Part shown: one piece after another, positions 30,225-40,800 of the stretch | How the letters are laid out: each line of letters starts with the position of its first letter | Position numbering within the stretch: position 1 is the first letter of the stretch | Origin: Nitrospirota bacterium | Lineage (GTDB): Bacteria; Nitrospirota; Nitrospiria; Nitrospirales; Nitrospiraceae | Reading direction: 5' to 3' | Length of the DNA: 64,000 nucleotides | NCBI GenBank assembly: GCA_963701855.1 | Contig: CAVPBK010000006.1 | Coordinates: 1,568,502 to 1,632,501 of the forward strand | Translations under genes and position numbers: made by a program | The notes under the pieces: generated by a model | What the model was told of the DNA's origin: nothing | Database searches by the model: none | The model's input: the letters and a program-made list of their open reading frames with translations, nothing else

Positions 30225-30250
30225 TCAGTTCATCCGGTCAATTTTTTGTT

Positions 30251-31126
30251 GTGATAACCCACCGCTTGCGAATCACCCGTCAGCTTGAGGCCCTCGTCGG
30301 CGAACGCCATCCTGAGACAAGTCCTCGCGCCCTTCGGAAGACGGCGCATTATCTGGCGACGCAGTTTGCCAAGTTAGGATGGACCACCAGTGGTCAGCTT
30401 GTGAGTGCGTGGGGCAAGATCTATCGCAATATGGTGGCGATCAAGTATCCGGACAAGCCGGGCCGAGGAGGGGATTTGCCGCCGCTCCTGATCGGAGCCC
30501 ACTACGACACCGTATCCGGTTCGCCGGGCGCGGACGATAACGCGAGCGGGCTGGTGGTTCTTCTCGAAGTAGCGTCACGTCTCCGCGCGCGACCTCTCGC
30601 GCGACCCATCTGGCTCGTGGCATTCTGTCTTGAAGAGCAGGATCGACTAGGAAGTCAGGCGTTCGCGTCCCGCTTGAAAGCCGAGCGTCGCGAGCTGGTC
30701 GGTGCGATTATTTTGGAATGTGTCGGGTTTGCCAGGAGCGAGGCAGGCACGCAGCAGAGCCCACCAGGTGTGCCCATCGCAGTGCCGACCCAGGGGGACT
30801 TTCTTGCCATTGTGGGCAATGAGACATCCCGGTCTTTGGTGCGTCAGCTTGAACAGGAGGCCCGGCAACATGCGGCCAAGCTCAAGACTCTGTCATTGGT
30901 GGTGCCGGGCCGAGGGGAGGCCATGCCTCATACCCGTCGTAGCGATCATGCCTCGTTCTGGGATGCAGGCTATCCAGCCGTAGTGTTGACCGATACAGCG
31001 AACTTCCGAAATCCGCATTACCATCGTGAGACCGATACCGTGGCCACGCTGAATCTGGAATTTCTCTTGAACGTAGCAGCGACAGTGACCGCAACGGCGA
31101 TACAGATTGCAGGAGTACGACTATGA
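30251..31126 (+). CDS. M28-family peptidase
   Basis: GAHYD, GADDNASG, EE, SDH, YHRETD. Confidence 0.9.
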   Translation: MITHRLRITRQLEALVGERHPETSPRALRKTAHYLATQFAKLGWTTSGQLVSAWGKIYRNMVAIKYPDKPGRGGDLPPLLIGAHYDTVSGSPGADDNASGLVVLLEVASRLRARPLARPIWLVAFCLEEQDRLGSQAFASRLKAERRELVGAIILECVGFARSEAGTQQSPPGVPIAVPTQGDFLAIVGNETSRSLVRQLEQEARQHAAKLKTLSLVVPGRGEAMPHTRRSDHASFWDAGYPAVVLTDTANFRNPHYHRETDTVATLNLEFLLNVAATVTATAIQIAGVRL

Positions 31127-31875
31127 AGGTGAGTCGAATGAAACTGTCTTCCGCAACCCGCCGTCTCATAAATGAGGTCTATGACCGTCTCGACTATGGC
31201 GCACTGGGACCGGTCTACTGTTATGAAGGCGGCGATGAGTTCTGGCGAGTGAAGCGGGGGTTCTGCAACCGTCTCGGGAGTCTGGTCGCCGTGGCGTTGA
31301 GGAAAAAACTAGGACGGAGAGGCCGCAGCCTCTACGTCGGTGCCGGGGTGGCGGAACTGCCTCCTTTGATGATGGAAACGGTGGAACTGGGTCGAATGGT
31401 AGAACCCTATAATCTCAGGAGAGCCGAAGTCGCAACCCTCAACCGTGCCTGCCATCCGATTCCCGTCACGTTCCACGCAATTAATGCGGCCAGGGCGAAG
31501 GGCCGATTTGACCATCTCTGGATGGTCAGTGTGTTGAATGACCCTGAGCGATTCCCGCATCTGTCGCCTCTGTCGTATGGGCGAGGCAATCTGCTCATCC
31601 TTGACCCTCTGAAGTTTGCTCAAGAGCGCCGCATCGTGCGTGCGTTGGTTGCAAGTTGTATGGGAAAGCTCATGAGGCCTGGCCTCGTCACGACTACCAC
31701 AGAAGAAGTCATTTGGATTGCAGAGTGGTGCCACCGGCATCGGGTGCCATACTTGGTTGGGAAACGCAACTATCCGACGGCACTGGTGGGAGATCCGATC
31801 TGTTTCATTCAAATCGGAGAAAACTCTCAGCAGGTTGCTCAAAAATTCCGCCAGCACCGTTCTCGCATCGCTTAG
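31123..31875 (+). CDS. Hypothetical protein, possible class I SAM-methyltransferase fold
   Basis: LYVGAG motif-I-like and FDHLWMVSVL. The C-terminus is supplied by a MITE. Confidence 0.7.
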   Translation: MKVSRMKLSSATRRLINEVYDRLDYGALGPVYCYEGGDEFWRVKRGFCNRLGSLVAVALRKKLGRRGRSLYVGAGVAELPPLMMETVELGRMVEPYNLRRAEVATLNRACHPIPVTFHAINAARAKGRFDHLWMVSVLNDPERFPHLSPLSYGRGNLLILDPLKFAQERRIVRALVASCMGKLMRPGLVTTTTEEVIWIAEWCHRHRVPYLVGKRNYPTALVGDPICFIQIGENSQQVAQKFRQHRSRIA

Positions 31876-31960
31876 ACCCTCAACGTACCCCAGAGGGTAC
31901 GCCTCGGGCCTTCGCTCGCTGCGGCCTTGCTGGACGGCCTTTTTGAGAGCAGCCTGCTAA
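31828..31960 (-). mobile_element. ~130-bp MITE-like element
   Basis: AGCAGGTTGCTCAAAAA...TTTTTGAGAGCAGCCTGCTA. Its core is the reverse complement of the copies at 33811, 37191 and 45780. Confidence 0.85.
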
Positions 31961-32496
31961 ATTCTAAAACCTGGCTTAGCTTTTGAGGTACTATCCAAGT
32001 ATTGGCCCGCGTATTTCACGTAGTTCTCTGCCGACTCTTTAATCCACGCGAGTTCTTCATTCGTGACCGGTCGCTTTACCTTCGCAGGTGAGCCAAGGAT
32101 CAGGCTGTTAGGTGGGACAATGGTCTCTTCCGTGACCAGGGCCCCGGCTCCCACGATTGAGTCTTCCCCGATTACGGCTCCATCCATCACAATGGCTCCC
32201 ATCCCGATCAGTACACGATCCTTAACCGTGCAGCCGTGGAGTATCACCCCGTGGCCGATGGTTACCTCGTTGCCGATGATCAGCGGATGGGTATCGTGGG
32301 TGACATGGAGCATACAGAGGTCCTGCACGTTCGTCCGGTCTCCGATCCTGATAAAGTGCACGTCCCCGCGAACGACAGCATGGAACCAGACGCTGCAATG
32401 TTCGCCGAGCACGACATCGCCGATGACGATGCCGGTCTCTTCGAGAAAACAGGAGGTGGGAATAGTAGGTTTGACACCTTGGAACGTGCGAATCAT
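31957..32496 (-). CDS. Gamma carbonic anhydrase family (YrdA-like) hexapeptide protein
   Basis: VIGDV, RGD, TNVQD...LH, IGH...LHGC, GSPAK. Confidence 0.93.
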   Translation of the reverse strand: MIRTFQGVKPTIPTSCFLEETGIVIGDVVLGEHCSVWFHAVVRGDVHFIRIGDRTNVQDLCMLHVTHDTHPLIIGNEVTIGHGVILHGCTVKDRVLIGMGAIVMDGAVIGEDSIVGAGALVTEETIVPPNSLILGSPAKVKRPVTNEELAWIKESAENYVKYAGQYLDSTSKAKPGFRI

Positions 32497-32657
32497 GCAG
32501 CGCACTGTAGGGGAATCGGCCAGCAACCTGCAAGGGGGGCGGTTCGTCGGTAGAGAGAAGAGCGTATTGCACGAACAAGAAAAGCCTTATATTTTCCACG
32601 CATGCTATCGACTATAAGCCATACGCCATATGCTCTTGTTTTCGGAGGAGCGACGCT

Positions 32658-33746
32658 TCAGGACGATCGTGCCTGAACCTGTTCGATTGTGTGCAACAAC
32701 GATTGATGGGTTTGGCAGCCTGCGATGAGCTTCGCATCGGAGACCGTGACTGGCTTGTAGGGCTTTATGAACCGGTCTTTGAGGCGAGCGATTCGAGCAA
32801 CCGACAGGTCTAACCGTTCGAGAGAAATTGTGCCGGACGCCACCGCCTGCTCAATAGCTTCAAAGGCGGCGACTTCCCGATCCCGATCTTTGCAAATCAG
32901 AAGGACATCACATCCCGCCAGCACTGCACGAACTGCAGCGTCTTCCATGCCGTAATGGTCGATGATCGCATGCATTTCTAAATCATCCGTCAACACCACT
33001 CCGTCGTATCGCAACTCCTGGCGCAAGAACTTTGTGATGGCGGCTGGCGAGAGCGTGGCAGGCAACTCGGGATCGAGCGCTCGGTAGAGTACATGCGCGG
33101 TCATTATCGACGCGACACCCTGTTCAACCGCACGGCGGAACGGGGGAAACTCGATGGTCTCTAATCGCTCCCGTGATGCCTCGACCACCGGCAGTTCCTT
33201 GTGGGAGTCGGCATTCGTATCCCCGTGACCGGGAAAATGTTTTCCGCAGGCCACGACCTTGTTGCCTTGCAGTCCCGCCACCGTCGCCATACCCAGTTCA
33301 CAGACCACCTCCGGCGTCGTGCCGAATGCCCGATCGCCGATGACTGGATTGTCCGGATTACTATTAACGTCGAGTACCGGCGCCATATTCATGTTCACGC
33401 CAACAGCCCTCAGCTCTTTGGCAATAGTCGCCGCAGCCGCGTAGGCCAATTCAGTTGACCCGCATCGGCCCAGCAGGTCGCAGGGAGGGAAAATCGTAAA
33501 GCCATTTGGAAGACGGGAGACCCGACCGCCTTCCTGGTCGATCGAGATTAACAGTGGCGAATGGGGGCTGCAGGCTTGCAGTCCATTGGTCAGATTAACC
33601 ATCTGTTCGACGGATTCTAGATTCCGCGAGAACAGAATGACACCGCCCGGCTTGTACTCTTTGATGAACGAGGCCAGATCGGGCGTTACTGAGGTACCCA
33701 GAAACCCGACCATGAAGAGTTGCCCGATCTTTTCACGCGAGGTCAT
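32658..33746 (-). CDS. nagZ: Beta-N-acetylhexosaminidase (GH3)
   Basis: IDQEGGRV, KHFPGHGDTNADSH, TDDLEM. Confidence 0.95.
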   Translation of the reverse strand: MTSREKIGQLFMVGFLGTSVTPDLASFIKEYKPGGVILFSRNLESVEQMVNLTNGLQACSPHSPLLISIDQEGGRVSRLPNGFTIFPPCDLLGRCGSTELAYAAAATIAKELRAVGVNMNMAPVLDVNSNPDNPVIGDRAFGTTPEVVCELGMATVAGLQGNKVVACGKHFPGHGDTNADSHKELPVVEASRERLETIEFPPFRRAVEQGVASIMTAHVLYRALDPELPATLSPAAITKFLRQELRYDGVVLTDDLEMHAIIDHYGMEDAAVRAVLAGCDVLLICKDRDREVAAFEAIEQAVASGTISLERLDLSVARIARLKDRFIKPYKPVTVSDAKLIAGCQTHQSLLHTIEQVQARSS

Positions 33747-33810
33747 TTGATATCGCTCCAATACTCTCACTCAATGGTTTGCAAGCGTAACACCGCAGGG
33801 GTAAACTCCC

Positions 33811-33940
33811 AGCAGGGTGCTTAAAGAGTCCGCCCAGTAAGGCCGCAGCGAGTGAAGGCCCGAGGCGTACCCTCCGTGGTACGTTGAGGGTCTGAACGAT
33901 ACGAGAACGATGCTGGTGGACTATTTCAGCACCCTGCTAG
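33811..33940 (+). mobile_element. ~130-bp MITE-like element at the pepA stop codon
   Basis: AGCAGGGTGCT...TTCAGCACCCTGCTAG. Core AAGGCCGCAGCGAGTGAAGG..GAGGCGTACC..GGTACGTTGAGG. Confidence 0.85.
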
Positions 33941-35454
33941 ATGCTTCGATCGATCAGGTACTGCACTAATAGTCTGGTTCCAATCGCGGTGGGGCCTTTC
34001 GGAATGTAGGCTCGTTCCCGCTCGCTCCAATCCGTACTGGCAATATCGAGGTGCACCCATGGACAGTCCCCCACGAACTTGCTCAGAAAGAGCGCCGCGG
34101 TGATCATGCCGGCGCCACGGCCACCGATGTTGCGCATGTCGGCGACATCGCTCTTGAGCTGTTCGAAATATTCCTCCCACAAGGGCATCTCCCACACCCG
34201 CTCACCGGCCTTCTGACCCGACTTCCGAACCTGCTCTTTGAGCGCCTGGTCGGTGCCGAACATCCCGATCGCAAATTGACCGAGCGCCACCACGCAAGCC
34301 CCTGTGAGCGTTGCAATGTCGATCAAGGCCGCCGGTTTATAACGCATCGCATAGGCGAGGCCGTCGGCCAGGATGAGCCGGCCCTCCGCATCCGTGTTCT
34401 GCACTTCGACAGTCTTCCCCGACAGCGTCGTCACAATATCGCCCGGCTTCATCGCCCGGCCACCCGGCATGTTTTCCGCCACAGGCAGGATACTAATGAG
34501 ACGCAGCGGAAGCTTGAGTCTGGCCGCCGCTCTAATCGAAGCCAGCACTTCGGCACCTCCGGTCATATCGGCCTTCATGTGTTCCATATTTTCGGCGGGC
34601 TTCAGCGAGATCCCGCCTGTATCGAAGGTGATCGTTTTTCCAACCAGCACAACCGGCCGTGAGTCTTTGTTCTTGGCTCCATTGTATTCAAGGATGATGA
34701 ATTTGGGCGGCTCCTGGCTCCCGCGCGCTACGCCGAGCAGCGCCCCCATCCCCAAGCGCTCCATCTCTTTCTGTTCGAGAATCTTGATCGAGATCTTTTC
34801 AGCCCTGGCGATGGCGTTCGCTTCGCTGGCAACCCTGGCGGGAGTCAAGACGTTGGAAGGATGATTACAGAGGTCTCGGACAAAGACAGTGGCCTCTGCC
34901 GTGGCGACGCCGCGCCGAATCCCTTCGGTCACCTGCCGCAACTGGCCCTTCCTCGGGATGAGAATATTCATGCCTGCGATGTTGTGCCCTGAGGCAGCCT
35001 CGCTTCGATAGACGGTGAACTGATAACTGCCCAGGATCGCCCCCTCAACCATCGCTTGCGCTACATCGAGCGATGACATTCCATTGGGTGTCACAGTCGG
35101 CAGCACCACCGAAAAAGACTCGACCTTCGTCTGGCGAACACGCTTCGCGGCTGAGCCTAGCGCTTGCCGGATCGTCTCTAGCGTCACCTCGCTTTTTTTG
35201 CCTAGACCGACTAGCAGCAGCCGCTTCGCAGACACCGTACCCTGCGTGTGATACAGCAAGACTTCGTTGGCCTTGCCTTCGAATTCCTTGGACTGCACCA
35301 GATTGCTCAATGAACCCCCGAGGGTCCGATCGAGCAGGGCCGCATCTTGTTTGGCCAATGCCTCTCCCTCACAGTGCGTCAGCACCAACACCTCTACGGA
35401 TGCCATCTCCGCTCGCCCAACCTGTACCGTGACCTGCATGATCTTCATTTGCAT
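33937..35454 (-). CDS. pepA: Leucyl aminopeptidase (M17)
   Basis: VGKTITFDTGG, MKADM, NTDAEGRL, ATLTGA. Confidence 0.96.
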   Translation of the reverse strand: MQMKIMQVTVQVGRAEMASVEVLVLTHCEGEALAKQDAALLDRTLGGSLSNLVQSKEFEGKANEVLLYHTQGTVSAKRLLLVGLGKKSEVTLETIRQALGSAAKRVRQTKVESFSVVLPTVTPNGMSSLDVAQAMVEGAILGSYQFTVYRSEAASGHNIAGMNILIPRKGQLRQVTEGIRRGVATAEATVFVRDLCNHPSNVLTPARVASEANAIARAEKISIKILEQKEMERLGMGALLGVARGSQEPPKFIILEYNGAKNKDSRPVVLVGKTITFDTGGISLKPAENMEHMKADMTGGAEVLASIRAAARLKLPLRLISILPVAENMPGGRAMKPGDIVTTLSGKTVEVQNTDAEGRLILADGLAYAMRYKPAALIDIATLTGACVVALGQFAIGMFGTDQALKEQVRKSGQKAGERVWEMPLWEEYFEQLKSDVADMRNIGGRGAGMITAALFLSKFVGDCPWVHLDIASTDWSERERAYIPKGPTAIGTRLLVQYLIDRSI

Positions 35455-35573
35455 CTCCTTGGTTCTCGTCGCTCGTTATTCGCGCGGGACTCGCGAGACA
35501 AGCGGGGCGGGTCGGAAGTTTCAGCTTGGCGAGTCGCGCCTGTCACGCACGTCTTACTTGTCTCGCTTACACT

Positions 35574-36209
35574 TCATACTCCGCGCATATCCGGCGCCCA
35601 GATGTACTTGTGCATCTGCAATTGAAAACGGACCGGCAGGCGATCGGCCAAAATCCATTCGGCCAGCTCACGCATATCGAGCGAGCCGAAGACCGGACTG
35701 AAATGCATCGTACAACGGTCGGCTATGTCATACCGGGCAATAATCTCACGAGCCCAGTCGTAATCGGCTCGATCAGCCAGGACAAACTTTGCCTCGTCCT
35801 TGGCCGCCAACTGAGAAAGATTCGGCCAGTGCATCCGATCCGTCATGCCGCTTCCTGGACACTTCACATCCAGGATGACGTGGACACGCGGATCGACCGG
35901 CGCAATATCGATCGCGCCGCTGGTCTCAAGGAGGACCGTGTACCCGGCGTTGCACAGTCTGGTCAGGAATGGGAGGCTTTCGGGTTGGGCAAGCGGTTCC
36001 CCTCCCGTGACTTCCACGAGATGGCAGCCATAGGTGAGTACCTTCTCCAAGATCTCTTCGAGCGAGCATTCTTGTCCTCCATAAAAGGCATAGTCGGTAT
36101 CGCACCAGGTGCAGCGGAGCGGGCATCCGGTCAGCCGGACAAACACACAGGGCTGTCCGGCGTAGCTCGACTCACCTTGAATGCTATGGAAGATCTCGGT
36201 AACGCGCAT
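35574..36209 (-). CDS. queE: 7-carboxy-7-deazaguanine synthase (radical SAM)
   Basis: IFHSIQGE, CPLRCTWCDT, TGGEP, ETSG, LQMHK. Confidence 0.92.
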   Translation of the reverse strand: MRVTEIFHSIQGESSYAGQPCVFVRLTGCPLRCTWCDTDYAFYGGQECSLEEILEKVLTYGCHLVEVTGGEPLAQPESLPFLTRLCNAGYTVLLETSGAIDIAPVDPRVHVILDVKCPGSGMTDRMHWPNLSQLAAKDEAKFVLADRADYDWAREIIARYDIADRCTMHFSPVFGSLDMRELAEWILADRLPVRFQLQMHKYIWAPDMRGV

Positions 36210-36312
36210 GGCTCAAGACGTGAAACGTAAAACGTTGATCGTGAAACGCGAGATGGAGGCCTGTGAAAACTGTACGACTGTAGAAACGGTTAACGTTGAA
36301 CGATTCACGGCA

Positions 36313-37047
36313 TTATTTCCATGTCGCGACCGGCCAGCCAAGGCGTTGGGCCGTTCGAGCCATGCCCCGGATTGGGTTGACCACCAGGGGGTGCCCGACA
36401 AGTTCAAGAAGGTCGTGATCGCCGGGGCTGTCGCCATAGGCGTAGGAACCGGCCAGATCGAGACCCATTTCTTGAGCGTGGGCGATGATCAGCTCACGCT
36501 TGCCATGGCCATAGGGCAGCGGGGGAATCAACGCGCCGGTATAGACGGAATCCCGTTGCTCCGGCTTAGCGGCGAAGATTGTAGGTACGCCCAAGAACTC
36601 CGCGAGGGGTTCGATCAAGAAATCGGGCGCACCGGTTACAAGAATCAGCTGGTGCCCGGCTTGTCGATGCGCGTCCAACTTTGCGCGACCTTGTGAAGAC
36701 ACCTTGCCGATCATCTCCTCCCGACAGAACTCCTGCGCATACGATTCGATATCTGCAGAGAACTTGCCAGCCAGATACACTTTTCGTTCGCGGAGCGCGT
36801 GCAGCGAGAATGGAGGCATGTGTCTCGCGAGCCAGGCAGCGCTTCGGGCCAATTCGCTCCATCCCACTAGGCCGCGCTGCCACAGAAACCGGAAGAATCG
36901 TACCTCGCTAGCTTCTCCAGGCACGAGCGTGTTGTCGACGTCGAACAACGCAGCGATCGACTCCCGTGCCCGTCGTTCAACGATATCATCGAGCGTGGAA
37001 GTGAGGCTGTGGAGACTTTGCACAACGTTGGAGGATCCGATGAGCAT
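36313..37047 (-). CDS. HAD-IB family hydrolase (SerB-like)
   Basis: FDVDNT, VTG, GK, YGDSPGD, VNP. Confidence 0.9.
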   Translation of the reverse strand: MLIGSSNVVQSLHSLTSTLDDIVERRARESIAALFDVDNTLVPGEASEVRFFRFLWQRGLVGWSELARSAAWLARHMPPFSLHALRERKVYLAGKFSADIESYAQEFCREEMIGKVSSQGRAKLDAHRQAGHQLILVTGAPDFLIEPLAEFLGVPTIFAAKPEQRDSVYTGALIPPLPYGHGKRELIIAHAQEMGLDLAGSYAYGDSPGDHDLLELVGHPLVVNPIRGMARTAQRLGWPVATWK

Positions 37048-37079
37048 GAGCCGCCCGATTCTACCGGAGCCTCTATTGA

Positions 37080-37109
37080 TTGACAAGGATTTTGGCCCAC
37101 TTCTATAAT
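37080..37109 (+). promoter_or_regulatory. Consensus sigma70 promoter for tRNA-Leu
   Basis: TTGACA-N18-TATAAT followed by a GC-rich discriminator. Confidence 0.8.
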
Positions 37110-37190
37110 GCGGCTCCCTCAGACTGTCACGCGTCGTTCATGAATTGCAAGCACGTGACAACGTGACAGTCTATTTGGAGCATCCTGGCT

Positions 37191-37310
37191 GCAGGAGCTT
37201 CAAAAAGTCCTGCAACAAGGCCGCAGCGAGTGACAGCACGAGGCGTACTGCTGAGTACGTTGAGGGTTTGAGCGATGCGAGAACGTAGTTACGGGGCAAG
37301 CTCCTGCTAA
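37191..37310 (+). mobile_element. ~120-bp MITE-like element in the tRNA-Leu leader
   Basis: GCAGGAGCTT...AAGCTCCTGC IR and shared core CAAGGCCGCAGCGAGTGA...GTACGTTGAGG...GATGCGAGAACG. Confidence 0.8.
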
Positions 37311-37312
37311 GT

Positions 37313-37396
37313 GCCGAAGTGGTGAAATGGCAGACACGCACGTTTGAGGGGCGTGTGGCGCAAGCCGTGCGGGTTCAAGTCCCGCCTTCGGCACCA
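37313..37396 (+). tRNA. tRNA-Leu(GAG)
   Basis: GCCGAAG/CTTCGGC acceptor stem, CACGT-TTGAGGG-GCGTG anticodon arm, variable arm, CCA. Confidence 0.96.
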
Positions 37397-37800
37397 AATT
37401 AAACTCGTGCATGCTGGCGCCGGAGAAATCCGATTTCCGGCGAAGTTATTCCCTCGTCGTACATCAATCCTGCCCTCCATTCCGTCCTAGACACCCGGAG
37501 GCTATCTGTAAGATACTACAGCCCTCCCGACACCCCTGTTCAGGACCACCGGCGAGGGCCTGCGTACATGCGGTTCTCTCTACCCCATCAGCACCAACAC
37601 AATAGGGCTGGGATTCGTCGCTGGAACGCTGGCGGCGTCTCTTCTGTTTTTCCTTTCTTCCTCTTCACTCATCATCTAAATCTTTCCGCACAAGGCAGTG
37701 GTATTAGTGCGATCGTACCGGCTGCATATCGATGCTTCGATGCTGATGATCCGTGCCTATCCGCAATACAGCGCCATCTTGCATGGGAAGGAGTAGCACC

Positions 37801-40800
37801 ATGAGTAGTATCGGCCATCTGCCGGAAATGGAATTGTTGCGCGGCCAAGTCGCCGATCTGTCGCGCGAGCTGGCGGAACGGGACCGCGTAGCACAAGATT
37901 TGCGGGAGCAATCAGACCTGCTTCGCGCTATCGCCGCAGGCACAGCGGCGGAGACTGGCGAGGAGTTCTTCTCGGCCTTGGTGACACACCTGACGTCAGT
38001 GCTGAAGGTACAGTACGCAATCATCGGGGAGGTGCAGGGAGATTGCATCAAGAAGATCCACACCCTGGCTGTCTCAGATGGAGGCGCCCTCGTCGACAAC
38101 TTCGAATATGAACTTGCCCATACACCTTGTGCCACCGCACTGACACAGACCTTCACCTGTTTCGACCGGGATGTCCAGGCTACGTTTCCTCAGTTCCAGC
38201 GTTTGGCAGATCTTGGAGCCGAGAGCTATTGCGCGGTGCCGCTTCGGACGAAAAACGGAGCAGTCATTGGATTGCTAGTCGTGATGGATATGAAGCCTCT
38301 GGAACGCAGCGACGATCTGCAATCCCTGCTGGGAGTCTTTGCCCCGCGCATTGCGGCGGAGTTCGAACGGAGGCGAGCTGAGCAGGAAAACGCCCAGGCT
38401 CTGGCCGATTTACTCAATGTCATCGAAACGATCCCTGACATTGTATTCGCTCTGAACACCCAAGGTAACATGGTGAAATGGAATCGGCGTGTTGGGGAGG
38501 TCACGGGATACAGTCCGGAGGAATTGTTGCACAAGCCTGCCTTGGCCTTCGTGCCTCCGGAAGAACAGGCCCGCACCGCTGCTGCCATTCAACGGGCCTT
38601 CACGGAAGGGTATGCCGAACTTGACGGTCAGCTGCTCACCAAAGACCTCCATGTCATTCCCTATCACTGGACCGGCGCCCTGCTCAAGAATTCTCACGGC
38701 GAGCCTGTCGGCATCACCGGAATCGGACGAGACGTGTCTGGCAAGAAGCGGGTGGAGGAGGCGTTACGCGAAAGCGAACAGCGTTTCGCGCTGGCCGTAG
38801 ATGGGTCGAACGATATCCTCTGGGATGCCCATCTGCTTCCAGGTGAGCCTTGGCATGCGCCGCAGACATCGATCTGGTGGTCGCCACGAGTTCAGGAATT
38901 GCTGGACTTAGAGGAGTCAGAATCGTTCGAGACGATCGAGCAATGGGTTGCCCGGATCCACCCCGATGATAAGGATCGCGTGTTCGGCCACCTGGCTGCG
39001 CATATCGGCCACCGAGTCCCGTACGATGTCGAATACCGGCTGCGCACCAATCGAGGCGACTATCGATGGATTCGCGGGCGCGGGCAGGCATTGTGGGATG
39101 AGCAGGGAAAGCCTCGCCGTATGTCCGGCTCATGTCAAGACATCACAGATCGCAAGTGGATGGAAGAGGAGAGGCGGAAGCAGGAAGTACTCATCACACT
39201 TATGTTGAATACTGGCCCCGCTTGTATCAAGCGCGTCGCGGCCGATGGTTTGCTCCTACATATGAATCCAACTGGACTGAAAATGGTCGAAGCATGCGGA
39301 GAGCCTGAGGTGGTCGGGCGTTCGGTGTTCGACCTCATTACCCCCACGCATCGTGAGGCCTTTATCGGTATGCATCGGAGTGTGATTGAGGGGCACGAGC
39401 GCACGCTCCAGTTCGAAATTCAGGGTCTCAAGGGAACTCGCCGGTGGGTGGAGAGCTATGCTGTGCCATTTTGGAATCCCGTCACGGGGCAAACGGAACA
39501 ACTGGCGGTCACTCATGACATCACCGAGCGCAAGCAAGTCGAAGAGGCCCTGCGGAAGAGCAAAGAGCGGTACGCCCAAGCCACGGCGGCTGGAAGGGTC
39601 GGCGTTTGGGAACTGGACGTAGCCACAGGCACATACCATGGCGACCTCAATCTCAAGGGCTTGTTCGGCTACCTGGATGACGAGCTTTCGACAGATCCCT
39701 ATGTGTGGCTTAACCTTGTGCATCGGGATGATCAATCCATCGCCATGGACAACTGGCAACGAATCGTCAACGGTGAAAGGGACGATTGCAACTATGAGCT
39801 GCGTATGTTCAAGAAGGATGGCACAATCATCTGGACGGACATACGAGGCCATGCCGTTCGCGATCACGAGGGGCAGGTTACCCAAGTCTTCGGTACGACG
39901 GTGGATATCACTGAGCGGAAACAGGCGCAAGATGCACTTGCCCTGAGCGAGCACCAGCTCCGCACCGTCCTCGGTGCGCTTCCTGTGGGCGTGTGGTTTA
40001 CCGATCGATCGGGCAAACCGCTCCTGGTAAACCCGATGGCGAAGCAGATTTGGTCGAACATTAAACATATTGGGCTGCAGAACCCGGATAACTCGGCGGG
40101 CTGGTGGGAGACCGTCGAACGAGCCACAGGGCCACATCGCTGGGCGTTGAGCCCTGTGCTGACGACAGGTGTCTCTTCTCTGAACGAAACCCTCGAGATC
40201 GAATGTCTTGATGGGACGAAGAAGACCATTCACAATTCGACGGTTCCAGTCCGGGATGAGACCGGGATTCTCATAGGCGCCATCGTGCTGAATGAAGACA
40301 TCACCACGTTGAGGCAGGCGCAGAAAGCTCTCAAACTGACTCAATTCTCTGTTGACCATGCCGTCGAAGGTTTCTTCTGGATCAGCCCGGACGCGAAGGT
40401 TCTGCAGGTGAATGAGGCAGCTTGCCGCATGCTGGAATATACGCGGGACGAATTGACCGCGATGACTGTCCACGACATCGATCCGGATTTTTCTTTGGAA
40501 GCCTGGCCCACCTATTGGGACAAGTTGAAGGAGAAAGGATCCTTGACGTTCGAAACGAAATATTGGTCGAAGACCGGCCGTGTCTTGGACACGGAGGTCA
40601 CCGTCAATTATCTGCAGTACGAGGGAAACGAATACAGCTGCGCCATCATGCGGGATATCGGAGAGCGCAAACGGGTGGAGGCGGCGCTGCGCCTTTCCGA
40701 GCAGCGCTATGCCTCCCTGCTCAACTCCGTTACCGGGATTGTTTGGGAGGCGGACCCAGCCACCTTTCGTTTCACCTTTGTGAGCATCCAAGCTGAGCAT

